A DNA stretch of 64,000 nt from Candidatus Kaiserbacteria bacterium (GTDB lineage Bacteria > Patescibacteriota > Minisyncoccia > Phycocordibacterales > UBA918), in contig JACQKD010000004.1 in the NCBI GenBank assembly GCA_016204695.1, forward strand, positions 251-64,250, written 5' to 3'. The number at the start of each line of letters is the position of its first letter. Positions within the stretch are counted from its first letter, which is position 1. Of this stretch, positions 8,832 through 17,330 are shown one piece after another. The notes below the pieces were generated by a model. It did no database searches, was not told the DNA's origin, and saw nothing but the letters and a program-made list of their open reading frames with translations. Position numbers and translations under genes: made by a program.

Positions 8832-9287
8832 CTAGACAAACAGTTTTTCGACGACTGCTTTTACATCAGCCCCGTCTGCTTTTCCGGCAAGCTCTTTCAT
8901 GACGGCTCCCATGAGCTGTCCCATGTTTGATTTATCCGTGACGCCAAGCTCGTCTTTTTTCGCGCGGGCAATCGGTTCGACGTCTTCCTGCGACATCATC
9001 CGGGGAAGATAGCTTTCCAGCACGACAAGCTCTTCCGACTCCACCGTCGCGAGGTCTTTGCGGTTGCCTTTGAGGAATTGCTCGATGGAATCCTTGCGCT
9101 GTTTTGCGAGCCGCCTGATGACGTTCACCACCTCGAGGTCGGCAAGCTCGTCTTGCGGCTTTCGACTCGTCGCGACAAGCTCATTGGTAAAGGCCGTCAG
9201 CATGTTGCGAATCGTCCGCAAGCGCACCTCGTCTTTGGCTTTCATCGCGTTCTTCAGCTGTTCTTTTATGTCGGTGTGTAATGGCAT
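8832..9287 (-). CDS. GatB/YqeY-domain protein.
   Basis: The 'MPLHTDIKEQLKNAMKAKDEVRLRTIRNMLTAF' ... 'LVVLESYLP' pattern is typical of YqeY. Confidence 0.8.
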   Translation of the reverse strand: MPLHTDIKEQLKNAMKAKDEVRLRTIRNMLTAFTNELVATSRKPQDELADLEVVNVIRRLAKQRKDSIEQFLKGNRKDLATVESEELVVLESYLPRMMSQEDVEPIARAKKDELGVTDKSNMGQLMGAVMKELAGKADGADVKAVVEKLFV

Positions 9288-9306
9288 AGAATAAGAGAGC
9301 GAATTT

Positions 9307-10065
9307 TTAAATAAGATTGACTTTCTCTTTTATCTTATCAGCGTACTCGTATAGTTCATTATAGGACAAACCAGATTGACCCCCGTTAGGAATAACACAA
9401 AAGGCAGTATCTTTGTTTGATGCGAATCGTGTTCGACGAGTAGTTTCTTCCGGCATTTCTCCAATAATATTCGTCCAATAAGGCAAATATCCCATTGAGT
9501 AAAAAATGATAAGCTTTGGTTTGTGTACTTGTATAAACTCCTTTATTTTCCGTGTCCTTTCTTGTAAATATTCCCTTTCATATTCTCGACGAGAAGAAAG
9601 TCCCACGAGGTCCGAGTTCCCGTAGAGCCAGTCCTCTTTTTTGGTGCTTGGGCAAGGAAGCGGTGATAATTCTAGTGTTGCTGTTTCTTTTTTCTCCGCG
9701 TCGGCAAGTATATTTCTTTGATATTCCTTTATCACCCTTCCTCTTTCGTCAGTTGTAAGTGATATGCCAGACTGAAGGTATAGATACAAAGCGATGGGAT
9801 ATTTCCATGTGGTCTGTAATTCACTCTCCGGAAGGAATGGCCCCATATTCGCAAGGTGATTCCACTCATTGATTTTTGAACGACTTGCATCCAGCATTCC
9901 GCCAAGCATGTTGGCCTCTGTATAACGGAATTGTTCCTCAAGCATCTCCAGACCTTCGGATGAATCAAATCGTTCATCCATACCGACAAACCACACAGGC
10001 GCTTCCATGCTACCGTATCCAAAAAAATTATTGATCCTGTTTTGTAAAATCTCTTGTGTAATCAT
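9307..10065 (-). CDS. Hypothetical protein with no recognisable domain, encoded in a low-GC segment.
   Basis: 252-aa ORF. The surrounding DNA (9300-10100) is markedly more AT-rich than its neighbours. Confidence 0.5.
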   Translation of the reverse strand: MITQEILQNRINNFFGYGSMEAPVWFVGMDERFDSSEGLEMLEEQFRYTEANMLGGMLDASRSKINEWNHLANMGPFLPESELQTTWKYPIALYLYLQSGISLTTDERGRVIKEYQRNILADAEKKETATLELSPLPCPSTKKEDWLYGNSDLVGLSSRREYEREYLQERTRKIKEFIQVHKPKLIIFYSMGYLPYWTNIIGEMPEETTRRTRFASNKDTAFCVIPNGGQSGLSYNELYEYADKIKEKVNLI

Positions 10066-10132
10066 TTTTATTTACGCAGTACGGATTGTATCACAAAACC
10101 GAGGGTCTTTCGGTTATGCTAAACTAGCAACT

Positions 10133-11233
10133 ATGGAATCTCTATTACCCATACTGATTATTCTTCTGCTCGTTGCTATTGTGGCAATCGGGTTTTTCTT
10201 GTGGAAATTGTCGCAGAGTTTGCGGGAGCGGGGGCAGGGGAGGGGGAACGAGATGCTTCTGCTCCAGCAACAACTGCAGGAGCTTTCGCGGACGCTTGAC
10301 GCGAAGATGGGGGAGACGACACGGACGATGCATCGGGCGGTGGAGACGCAGTTTAGTGAGTCTCAGCGGCTCATTCGCGACATCAACAAGGAAGTGAACG
10401 AGCAGATGATGAAGGTCGTCAAAGAAGTGAGCCAGGTGTCGGAATCGTCGAAGCAGGTGTTCACGGTTGCCGAACAGCTCCAAAATCTTGAGAAAGTGCT
10501 GAAACATCAGAAACAGCGCGGCAACCTCGGCGAAGCGTCGCTCCAGCTTGCGCTTGAAAATATGCTTCCGGCCGGCGCGTATCATCTCCAGTACCAATTT
10601 CCGGGGGGCGACACGGTGGACGCGGTGATTGAGACGAAGGACGGACTCATCTGCATTGATGCGAAGTTTTCGCTCGACAATTACCGTCGGCTTGTGGACG
10701 AGCCGGACGAGTTCCGCCGCAAAGAGCTCGAAAAAGATTTCACGAACGATCTCAAAAAGCGCATAGACGAGACGGCAAAATACATCCGCACGAAAGACGG
10801 CACGCTTCCGTTTGCCTTCATGTACATTCCCGCCGAGGCCATTTATTACGATCTCCTCGTCAACGAAGTGGGTGCGCTCAAGGTCAACACGCGCTCGCTG
10901 ATTGACTATGCGTACAAGGATAAGAACGTCATCATTGTTTCGCCGACGACGTTTGCCGCGTACTTGCAGTCGGTGCTCTATGGCTTTCGCGCATTCAAGA
11001 TTGAAGAATCCGCAAAGCAGATAGGCAAACAAGTGGAGGACTTATCGCGGCATCTCAAGGCGTATGACGACTATTTCAAGAAAGTGGGCACTGCGCTCGG
11101 CACGACCGTCAACCACTACAATGCCGCGCAAAAAGAGCTCGGCAAAGTGGACAAGGATGTCACGCGCATTACTGGTACCGGCGTGGGAGTGGAACAACTG
11201 GCGCTTGATAAGCCGCATGCGCTTGATGAGTAA
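10133..11233 (+). CDS. rmuC: DNA recombination protein RmuC.
   Basis: N-terminal TM helix, long coiled coil, then the conserved RmuC core 'DAVIETKDGLICIDAKFSL...FMYIPAEAIYYDL'. ATG preceded by a gap of ~60 nt. Confidence 0.8.
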   Translation: MESLLPILIILLLVAIVAIGFFLWKLSQSLRERGQGRGNEMLLLQQQLQELSRTLDAKMGETTRTMHRAVETQFSESQRLIRDINKEVNEQMMKVVKEVSQVSESSKQVFTVAEQLQNLEKVLKHQKQRGNLGEASLQLALENMLPAGAYHLQYQFPGGDTVDAVIETKDGLICIDAKFSLDNYRRLVDEPDEFRRKELEKDFTNDLKKRIDETAKYIRTKDGTLPFAFMYIPAEAIYYDLLVNEVGALKVNTRSLIDYAYKDKNVIIVSPTTFAAYLQSVLYGFRAFKIEESAKQIGKQVEDLSRHLKAYDDYFKKVGTALGTTVNHYNAAQKELGKVDKDVTRITGTGVGVEQLALDKPHALDE

Positions 11234-11246
11234 TGGGAGGTACGTT

Positions 11247-11879
11247 ATGGGAAACGCAACAGCCGCGAAAGCCAAAAAGCACTTTGTGCTTTTTGGCTTT
11301 CGCGGCTTCACTCCCGGAAATGAGGAGCGAAGCGGCTTCACTTTGATTGAACTCCTCGTCGTAATTTCCATCATCGGTCTTCTCGCGAGTATCGTGATGG
11401 CATCGCTTAATTCCGCACGGGTGAAGGCCCGGGACGCCAGGCGTAAATCCGATCTCCGGGAGATAGCGCTTGCACTTGAACTATTTTATGACGCGAACGG
11501 AAGCTACATATCGACCGGGGCTACGGATGTAAACAATGAATACAACACGCTCGACAGCGCGGTGCTGGGCGGCGGCGGTACGTATGACTGGCATAGGCTC
11601 GATGGATTGGTGACCGGAGGATATATTTCCGTTCTTCCGGTAGACCCCGTGAATAAGGATATCGGCCCGTGGTGTTGGGTGCGGCCGGACGGAGGTCTGA
11701 AGGATTATATTTATACCTACACGAGCGACGGACAGCACTATATATTGTGCACATGGATGGAGAACACATCCGACCGCGATACGCTTCAGTTTAAAGATGC
11801 TCCCAATCCGTGGAATGCTTCGGAGAGACTATATGCGAATCGCAATTACTCCCCGTATAGTTATGTGATCGTGAAGTAG
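11247..11879 (+). CDS. Type IV pilin-like protein (prepilin-type N-terminal cleavage/methylation domain).
   Basis: RBS 'GGGAGG' then ATG. 'G|FTLIELLVVISIIGLLASIVMASLNSARVKARDARR' is a class III signal/pilin N-terminus, followed by a variable C-terminal domain. Confidence 0.75.
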   Translation: MGNATAAKAKKHFVLFGFRGFTPGNEERSGFTLIELLVVISIIGLLASIVMASLNSARVKARDARRKSDLREIALALELFYDANGSYISTGATDVNNEYNTLDSAVLGGGGTYDWHRLDGLVTGGYISVLPVDPVNKDIGPWCWVRPDGGLKDYIYTYTSDGQHYILCTWMENTSDRDTLQFKDAPNPWNASERLYANRNYSPYSYVIVK

Positions 11880-11912
11880 TATGGTGGGAATGTGCTCGCG
11901 GGATTGAATACT

Positions 11913-12458
11913 ATGGCGGTTTTTCTCAAAATGAATATACGAAGAAAAAAAGGAAATTGCGGCAAGGACTTGCGTGCAAGCGGTTTCACCTTGATCGAAC
12001 TCCTCGTCGTCATCTCCATCATCGGGCTTCTTGCGAGCGTGGTGATGGCGAGCCTCAACTCCGCACGAGCGAAAGCGCGCGATGCGCGACGCATGGCTGA
12101 TTTTAGAAATGTAACCTCGGCGTTGGACTTGTACTACGACAAATACGGTCGCTATCCTGCTTCGCCGAACGGCTGTTGCAGTGGCGGACCCGGCGGTACG
12201 CATAATCAAAGTTTTGAAGCGGTTACAGGCGCGCTTGTCGCAGAGGGATTTTTGACGGCAATACCGAAAGACCCTACAACCGCGAGCGCGTACATGCTCT
12301 ATGACTACGGCGGTACGATTGGTCCTATCACAGTGACCTATCTTGAGTCCATTAGCGCGACAACGGTTGGTCCGTCCAATTCGTGCCGACCGTTTGATCA
12401 GAATTGGTGCAGTCACACACTCCCCTCAACGGCGTATTGTATCTGTCATCCGTACTGA
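11913..12458 (+). CDS. Type IV pilin-like protein, paralogue 2.
   Basis: 'GFTLIELLVVISIIGLLASVVMASLNSARAKARDARR'. C-terminal domain has Cys pairs. Start could be 11913 or 11931. Confidence 0.7.
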   Translation: MAVFLKMNIRRKKGNCGKDLRASGFTLIELLVVISIIGLLASVVMASLNSARAKARDARRMADFRNVTSALDLYYDKYGRYPASPNGCCSGGPGGTHNQSFEAVTGALVAEGFLTAIPKDPTTASAYMLYDYGGTIGPITVTYLESISATTVGPSNSCRPFDQNWCSHTLPSTAYCICHPY

Positions 12459-12464
12459 CATTGT

Positions 12465-13145
12465 ATGAAGTTCATAAAGACAAAAAGGAACGGTCTCACT
12501 CCTTACAGGAGCAGTACACCTTTTGGATATTTCTTGTTCGCTTCGCTCCCAAAATATCTCAAAAGGTCTGTAAAGCCGTCCCATGGCTTTACACTTATCG
12601 AACTGCTCGTCGTTATTTCCATCATCGGCTTGCTCGCAAGCGTGGTGATGGCGTCGCTGAATAGTTCCCGCTCAAAGGCGAAGTGGGCGAGGATGATGTC
12701 GGACTTCAACCAAATGGGCAAGGCGGCGGAGCTGTTTATGGCGAATGAAAATCTGTACTCCTGCGATTCTCCTCCGGGATACGACGCGAGCTGGAATAGC
12801 GGCGGTCGGTACAGCCCGGCGTCGGAACTCGGTATCACTTGCCAAAACAAAGGCATCGTCGAAATGGGCTATCTCTCGCAGTGGCCGAAACCGCCGTGCG
12901 CAGGGTGGGATTATGACTGGGATAATTGGAGCCCCGCCGTAGCTCTTCCGACCGGAGGGGGACAGGTCGTGCGCATTACACTCCGAGGCCCGGCTCCCGC
13001 ATACGCGGCGATGTACTACTACTGCATATACGACACGCACGGCAGTACGGCATATCCATGCGGCGGCCAGTCGGGCGACCATGTCTATACGCTTGGCGGC
13101 AGTATGGTAAACGGAACATCCGGCGGGTCGCTGGTGTGCCAGTGA
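12465..13145 (+). CDS. Type IV pilin-like protein, paralogue 3, with an unusually long leader.
   Basis: 'HGFTLIELLVVISIIGLLASVVMASLNSSRSKAKWARM' is preceded by ~42 aa. The true start may be an internal non-ATG codon. Cys-rich C-terminal domain. Confidence 0.65.
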   Translation: MKFIKTKRNGLTPYRSSTPFGYFLFASLPKYLKRSVKPSHGFTLIELLVVISIIGLLASVVMASLNSSRSKAKWARMMSDFNQMGKAAELFMANENLYSCDSPPGYDASWNSGGRYSPASELGITCQNKGIVEMGYLSQWPKPPCAGWDYDWDNWSPAVALPTGGGQVVRITLRGPAPAYAAMYYYCIYDTHGSTAYPCGGQSGDHVYTLGGSMVNGTSGGSLVCQ

Positions 13146-13209
13146 GCGTGCGCGTGCTGATTATCGCGTTGACAGACCGATGCGGGAAGCGTAGCTTGTC
13201 TTGTAGTAT

Positions 13210-13400
13210 AAAATGACAAAGCATCACATATAAATGCTTTGTATGTTGTCCGGTGCGGGCAGGGTCTGCTACCCTCTGTCTTGTGGTAGGGTCCAGTGTC
13301 CTTTACTCCTTGCAGCTCTGTGTGTAAGACCGCAGGAGGGTAGCAGATCCATCCCCGGCGAGCGGCAAATCGTCTGGGGGTTCTTTTTCCCCCACATATT
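13210..13400 (+). ncRNA. Candidate structured 5' leader / cis-regulatory RNA upstream of rplU.
   Basis: 9-bp perfect IR ACAAAGCAT/ATGCTTTGT (~13216-13242). Long-range complementarity GTCTGCTACCCTC (~13264) with GAGGGTAGCAGAT (~13336). GGGGG-ttcttttt-CCCCC terminator-like hairpin (~13376-13393) ~55 nt before the rplU ATG. Confidence 0.3.
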
Positions 13401-13446
13401 TTCTGCCGTTGCTTTTCTAGGCCTTTTCTTGTAGTATTCGCGCATT

Positions 13447-13836
13447 ATGGCTCGGGCGACAACGACAAAGACAACGGCTAAAACCGCACCGGCGGCGAAA
13501 AAAGAGCCGAAACAAAAAGATGAATTTGCCGTTATTTTGAGCGGCGGAAAGCAGTACGTCGTTTCGGTGGGAGACATCGTTGATGTTGAGCTTCTTCCGA
13601 AAGAGTATAAGGAGGGCGATGTAGTCGAGTTTGATACCGTGCTTCTCGTAGACAATGGCGCCGATGCGACTATCGGCACACCCTATATAGATGGTGCGAA
13701 AGTGAAAGCGATTTATCAGGGAGAGAAGAAAGGCAAGAAGTTGCAGATCGTGCGATACATGGCAAAGAGCAATCGCGACCGGAAGATAGGGCATCGCCAA
13801 CACTACAGCCGAGTGAAGATAGAGTCTTTGGTGTAA
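13447..13836 (+). CDS. rplU: 50S ribosomal protein L21 with an N-terminal Lys/Ala-rich extension.
   Basis: 'FAVILSGGKQYVVSVGDIVDVE...EFDTVLLV...KKLQIVRYMAKSNRDRKIGHRQHYSRVKIE' is the bL21 signature. Confidence 0.9.
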   Translation: MARATTTKTTAKTAPAAKKEPKQKDEFAVILSGGKQYVVSVGDIVDVELLPKEYKEGDVVEFDTVLLVDNGADATIGTPYIDGAKVKAIYQGEKKGKKLQIVRYMAKSNRDRKIGHRQHYSRVKIESLV

Positions 13837-13846
13837 TAACACAGCG

Positions 13847-14416
13847 ATGTCAACCGAGCAATTACTTTTCATTCCGGTCATCCTCGGTACTGCACGTGAA
13901 GGACGCCGCTCGGAACATGCGGCGCGTTTTGTTTTTGAGGAGCTCAAGAAGAGGGAAGGTATCGAGACGGAGCTTATCGACGTGCGCGAGCATCGCCTAC
14001 CGGCGACCGACGATACGGGAGAGACGGAGACTGCCCGAAACATTCTCCCGACGCTCGAACGCGCTGACGGCTTTATCGTTGTTTCTCCCGAATACAATCA
14101 CGGCTATCCCGGCGAGCTCAAGATGTTTTTGGATATGTCCGACGGGCAGTATGCGAAAAAGCCGATCGCGATATGCGGGGTCTCGGAAGGTGCCGTCGGC
14201 GGCGCGCGCATGATGGAACAGCTTCGGAATGTCATCCTCGACCTCGGCGCGACGCCCATTCTCGCGGCGGTCTATTTTGCGACTGTTGAAAAACTTTTTA
14301 ACGAGGAAGGAGAAATACAGGACGATTCGTACCGCGACCGCGTCTCAAAAATGTTCGACAGCCTGCTCTGGTATACAAAGGTGCTGAAAGCGGGACGCGA
14401 AAGGGAGAGCGAATAA
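13847..14416 (+). CDS. NADPH-dependent FMN reductase (flavodoxin-like fold).
   Basis: 'IPVILGTAREGRRSE' near the N-terminus, 'FIVVSPEYNHGYPGELK' and 'KPIAICGVSEG' are typical of the NADPH-dependent FMN reductase family. Confidence 0.75.
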   Translation: MSTEQLLFIPVILGTAREGRRSEHAARFVFEELKKREGIETELIDVREHRLPATDDTGETETARNILPTLERADGFIVVSPEYNHGYPGELKMFLDMSDGQYAKKPIAICGVSEGAVGGARMMEQLRNVILDLGATPILAAVYFATVEKLFNEEGEIQDDSYRDRVSKMFDSLLWYTKVLKAGRERESE

Positions 14417-14426
14417 ACTTTTACGA

Positions 14427-15038
14427 TTACGTCCGGTTTTTCAGTGCGTTTTTGATGGTTTCGGGGTCGGCGTATTCGAGCTCGGAGCCGGTGGAGAGAC
14501 CGCGGCCGAGAGTGGAGATTTTGATATTTTTTTCCTCTGTTTCTTTGAGAAGCGTGCCGACATAGCGGGCGGTGTTCTCTCCGTCGGGATTGACCGAGAA
14601 GGCGAGGATAACCTCTGCGAGCCCCTCTTTTGCGCGCATCTCCGCAATGCCTTTCAGTGCGCCGCCGCGCAGTTTGATATTCTCCTGCGGCTCAAGCAGG
14701 GGGACGGTACCGCCGAGCACGAAGTAGTAGCCGTCGTAGATGCCGGAGCGTTCGATCGGTGGAATGTCGGAGTCGCGTTCGACGACCATGAGGAGCTCGT
14801 GGTTGCGGTTTGCATCATTACATATTTCGCAGAGCGTATTGCCATTGTCGCGGGCGAAGTACCGGAAGCAGTGCGCGCACTCGGTCACTTTTGCCTGTAC
14901 GTCGGCGATGGCATCGGCGAGCGCGCGGAGCGATTGCGGGTCTTCGGTGAGGAGATGGTACACAAACCGCCGTGCTTGTCTCGGCCCGATGCCGGGGAAC
15001 CGTTCAAAATGTCGCACCAGTTCATCGAAAGAAGTCAT
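14427..15038 (-). CDS. recR: Recombination protein RecR.
   Basis: 'FPGIGPRQARRFVYHL' HhH, C4 zinc finger 'CAHCFRY...CEICND', and a Toprim region. The longer track ORF (to 15311) is read-through antisense of the pilin gene. Confidence 0.9.
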   Translation of the reverse strand: MTSFDELVRHFERFPGIGPRQARRFVYHLLTEDPQSLRALADAIADVQAKVTECAHCFRYFARDNGNTLCEICNDANRNHELLMVVERDSDIPPIERSGIYDGYYFVLGGTVPLLEPQENIKLRGGALKGIAEMRAKEGLAEVILAFSVNPDGENTARYVGTLLKETEEKNIKISTLGRGLSTGSELEYADPETIKNALKNRT

Positions 15039-15087
15039 GGGTCGGGTGTTAAAGTATGTTTTGGACTGTAGTACTATACCAGGAAAT

Positions 15088-15636
15088 ATGAAATCTATCG
15101 GAAAGGGATTCACTCCGACAAACGAGGAGCAAAGTGGATGTTCACATACATTTTGTCCGAGTGCCGTCGGAGCAAATCCTCGCAGAGGATTTACCCTTAT
15201 TGAACTTCTCGTCGTTATCGCAATCATCGGACTGCTCGCGAGCGTGGTGATGGCATCACTCAATAGTGCGCGAGCGAAAGCGCGGGATGCGCGGCGACAA
15301 TCCGACCTCAACCAGATATATCTTGCCTTACAACTCTACTTTGACGCCAACGGGTACTTGCCTACCACCTCCTCGTACGGCGGCGCAAATCCGGGCGGGT
15401 GGGACTACAGTTCGCAAGGCGACTTTCTGCCGTTTTTACGAACCGCGGGTTTTTTCTCGTCGGTGCCCGTAGACCCCGTCAATAATGGAACCGGCGATGT
15501 CTACTACGGGGGTAGCGGGTACGCGTACGCGTATTACTGTTATCCCGGTGAGAATTCGGTCGCGCTCGGCGCGCGGCTCGACAACGGCGTGGTGATTTGG
15601 AAAAGCAATCACGAGGCGAATTTCAAGTGCCAGTAA
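15088..15636 (+). CDS. Type IV pilin-like protein, paralogue 4.
   Basis: ATG at 15088. 'RRGFTLIELLVVIAIIGLLASVVMASLNSARAKARDARRQSDL'. Tyr/Gly-rich variable C-terminal domain. Confidence 0.75.
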   Translation: MKSIGKGFTPTNEEQSGCSHTFCPSAVGANPRRGFTLIELLVVIAIIGLLASVVMASLNSARAKARDARRQSDLNQIYLALQLYFDANGYLPTTSSYGGANPGGWDYSSQGDFLPFLRTAGFFSSVPVDPVNNGTGDVYYGGSGYAYAYYCYPGENSVALGARLDNGVVIWKSNHEANFKCQ

Positions 15637-15676
15637 CGTTCAAAGGAACGTAAAACACCGGACAGGTTTGAGTGCA

Positions 15677-17134
15677 TCAAAAATCGTCGTCTTGCGGGGC
15701 GCCGAAGCTCTCTTCGCCGCCGCGCTTTGTCTCAAGCGAGAGGAAGGTGGTGCGCTTCTCATCAAAATAGAGCTCGACTGCGCCGGTGGGACCATTGCGG
15801 TGTTTCTCGACGAGAATTTGCGCGATGTTCGGACGGTCGGAATTTTCGTTCGTCTTGTCATCGCGATGGATGAACATCACGACGTCCGCATCTTGCTCGA
15901 TGCTGCCAGAATCCCTCAAGTCGGAGAGACGCGGTTTGCCGCCGCGCTGTTCGACGGCGCGCGAGAGCTGTGAGAGCGCGAGCACCGGCACGTCGAGCTC
16001 GCGCGCCATGATCTTGAGTGCGCGCGATATCTCGGTGACCTGTTGGACCATCGAGTCGTGATATTTCATGTTCGCGGGCATCATGAGCTGGAGATAATCG
16101 ACGACGATAAGGCCGAGCCCGAACTCGTTTTTCAGCCGCCGAGCCGCGGAGCGCATCTTGAGGATGGAATTGCCCGGCTGGTCGTCTATGTGGATGGGCG
16201 CTTCGGAGAGCCGCGCCATCGCTTCCTGCACGAGGACAAACTCTTCGTCGGTGGAGAGCTTGCCGGTGCGGAGTTTCCATGCGTCCACTTTCGCCTCGGC
16301 GGCGAGCATGCGGTCGACGAGCTGTTGGTCACTCATTTCAAGGGAGAAAATGCCGACGGGCGTTTTGTATTCGCACGCGGCATGGCGCGCGATATCAAGC
16401 GCGAAAGCAGTCTTTCCGACCGACGGCCGCGCGGCGAGGATGACGAGGTCCGACTTCTGCAAGCCTGCGAGCAGATTATCAAGCGCGGGGAAGCCGGTCT
16501 GCACGCCGCGGATTTCGTCCTTGGCATTATGCAGGCGGTCGAGCCGGTCCCATGCTTCGCCGAGTGAGTTTTTAATGGGCGTGAATTTCTGCGCGGTCGG
16601 CGATTGCGTCACCTGATAGATTTTCTTTTCGGCGGTGTCGAGCGCTTCGTCGACGTCTTCCGGGTTCCCGAAGCCGATTTCGGCGATGTCGTCGGCGGCG
16701 CGGATGAGGCCGCGAAGCACCGCCTTGTCCTGCACCACTTCGGCGTAGTACTGGGCGTTGCCCGCCGCGGGAACATGTTCAATCAGTTCGGTGAGGTAGC
16801 TTGCGCCGCCGATGCGGTCAAGCGCGTTTTTGTCTTTGAGCTTATGCGTGACGGAGAGGAGGTCGATGGGGTTGCTCTTGGTGAAAATTTCCAGCATCGC
16901 GGTGAAAATCTCGCGGTGCTTGTCCGCGTAAAATGATTCGGGATACACCGACACCGAAATGTCGTGCATGCTCTCGGGCTTCAGCATAATGGCGCCGAGG
17001 AGCGCCTGCTCGGCATCAAGGTTGTGCGGGATGGTCCGCAGTGCCTTCGAGACGACCGGCGGTTGCCGAGACGATGATGTGCGCGGTGCGTAGGGCGATG
17101 TTTGTGGAGTCGTTTCCGCCATAGTGAGCGTCAT
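15677..17134 (-). CDS. dnaB: Replicative DNA helicase DnaB.
   Basis: 'NLDAEQALLGAIML' N-terminal domain, Walker A 'ARPSVGKTAFALDIARHAA', 'GLIVVDYLQLM', and 'RELDVPVLALSQLSRAVEQR'. Confidence 0.95.
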   Translation of the reverse strand: MTLTMAETTPQTSPYAPRTSSSRQPPVVSKALRTIPHNLDAEQALLGAIMLKPESMHDISVSVYPESFYADKHREIFTAMLEIFTKSNPIDLLSVTHKLKDKNALDRIGGASYLTELIEHVPAAGNAQYYAEVVQDKAVLRGLIRAADDIAEIGFGNPEDVDEALDTAEKKIYQVTQSPTAQKFTPIKNSLGEAWDRLDRLHNAKDEIRGVQTGFPALDNLLAGLQKSDLVILAARPSVGKTAFALDIARHAACEYKTPVGIFSLEMSDQQLVDRMLAAEAKVDAWKLRTGKLSTDEEFVLVQEAMARLSEAPIHIDDQPGNSILKMRSAARRLKNEFGLGLIVVDYLQLMMPANMKYHDSMVQQVTEISRALKIMARELDVPVLALSQLSRAVEQRGGKPRLSDLRDSGSIEQDADVVMFIHRDDKTNENSDRPNIAQILVEKHRNGPTGAVELYFDEKRTTFLSLETKRGGEESFGAPQDDDF

Positions 17135-17193
17135 TGTATCACGACGGGCGTGCGCCCGCGCCCGTCATTTTTCGTCACTTTTGCACAACTTGT

Positions 17194-17250
17194 GCATGTA
17201 GTTATCCACGCATATCCCCTGACGACATAACTTGCCATTGTCTATCCACA
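17194..17250. promoter_or_regulatory. dnaB upstream region with two DnaA-box-like 9-mers.
   Basis: TTATCCACG (~17202-17210) and CTATCCACA (~17242-17250), each one mismatch from TTATCCACA. A GACGGGCG...CGCCCGTC hairpin lies immediately upstream (~17142-17165). Confidence 0.35.
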
Positions 17251-17291
17251 TGGGGTAGTATGTCGCCTACCTAGCAATAGGTACAATAAAC

Positions 17292-17330
17292 AAAGCCCCC
17301 ACCATGATGGTGAAGGGCTTTGAATGTAAA
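17292..17330 (-). terminator. Intrinsic terminator-like nested hairpin for leftward transcripts.
   Basis: AAAGCCCC-CACCAT-G-ATGGTG-AAGGGCTTT: a nested perfect stem. On the minus strand it is followed by a TTTGTTTATT tract. Confidence 0.45.

Noticed and set aside
11861-12094. Minus-strand ORFs (also 12503..12856, 11042..11374 and the N-terminal extension of 14427..15311) encoding '...AITTLASKPMMEITTRSSIKVKP...'.
   Set aside because: These are the reverse-complement reading of the conserved pilin N-terminal DNA blocks. They recur wherever a pilin gene is and have no independent start or terminator context, so they are antisense artefacts.
16043-16936. Several 110-174-aa plus-strand ORFs.
   Set aside because: They are antisense to dnaB, which has unmistakable helicase motifs. 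No independent signals support them.
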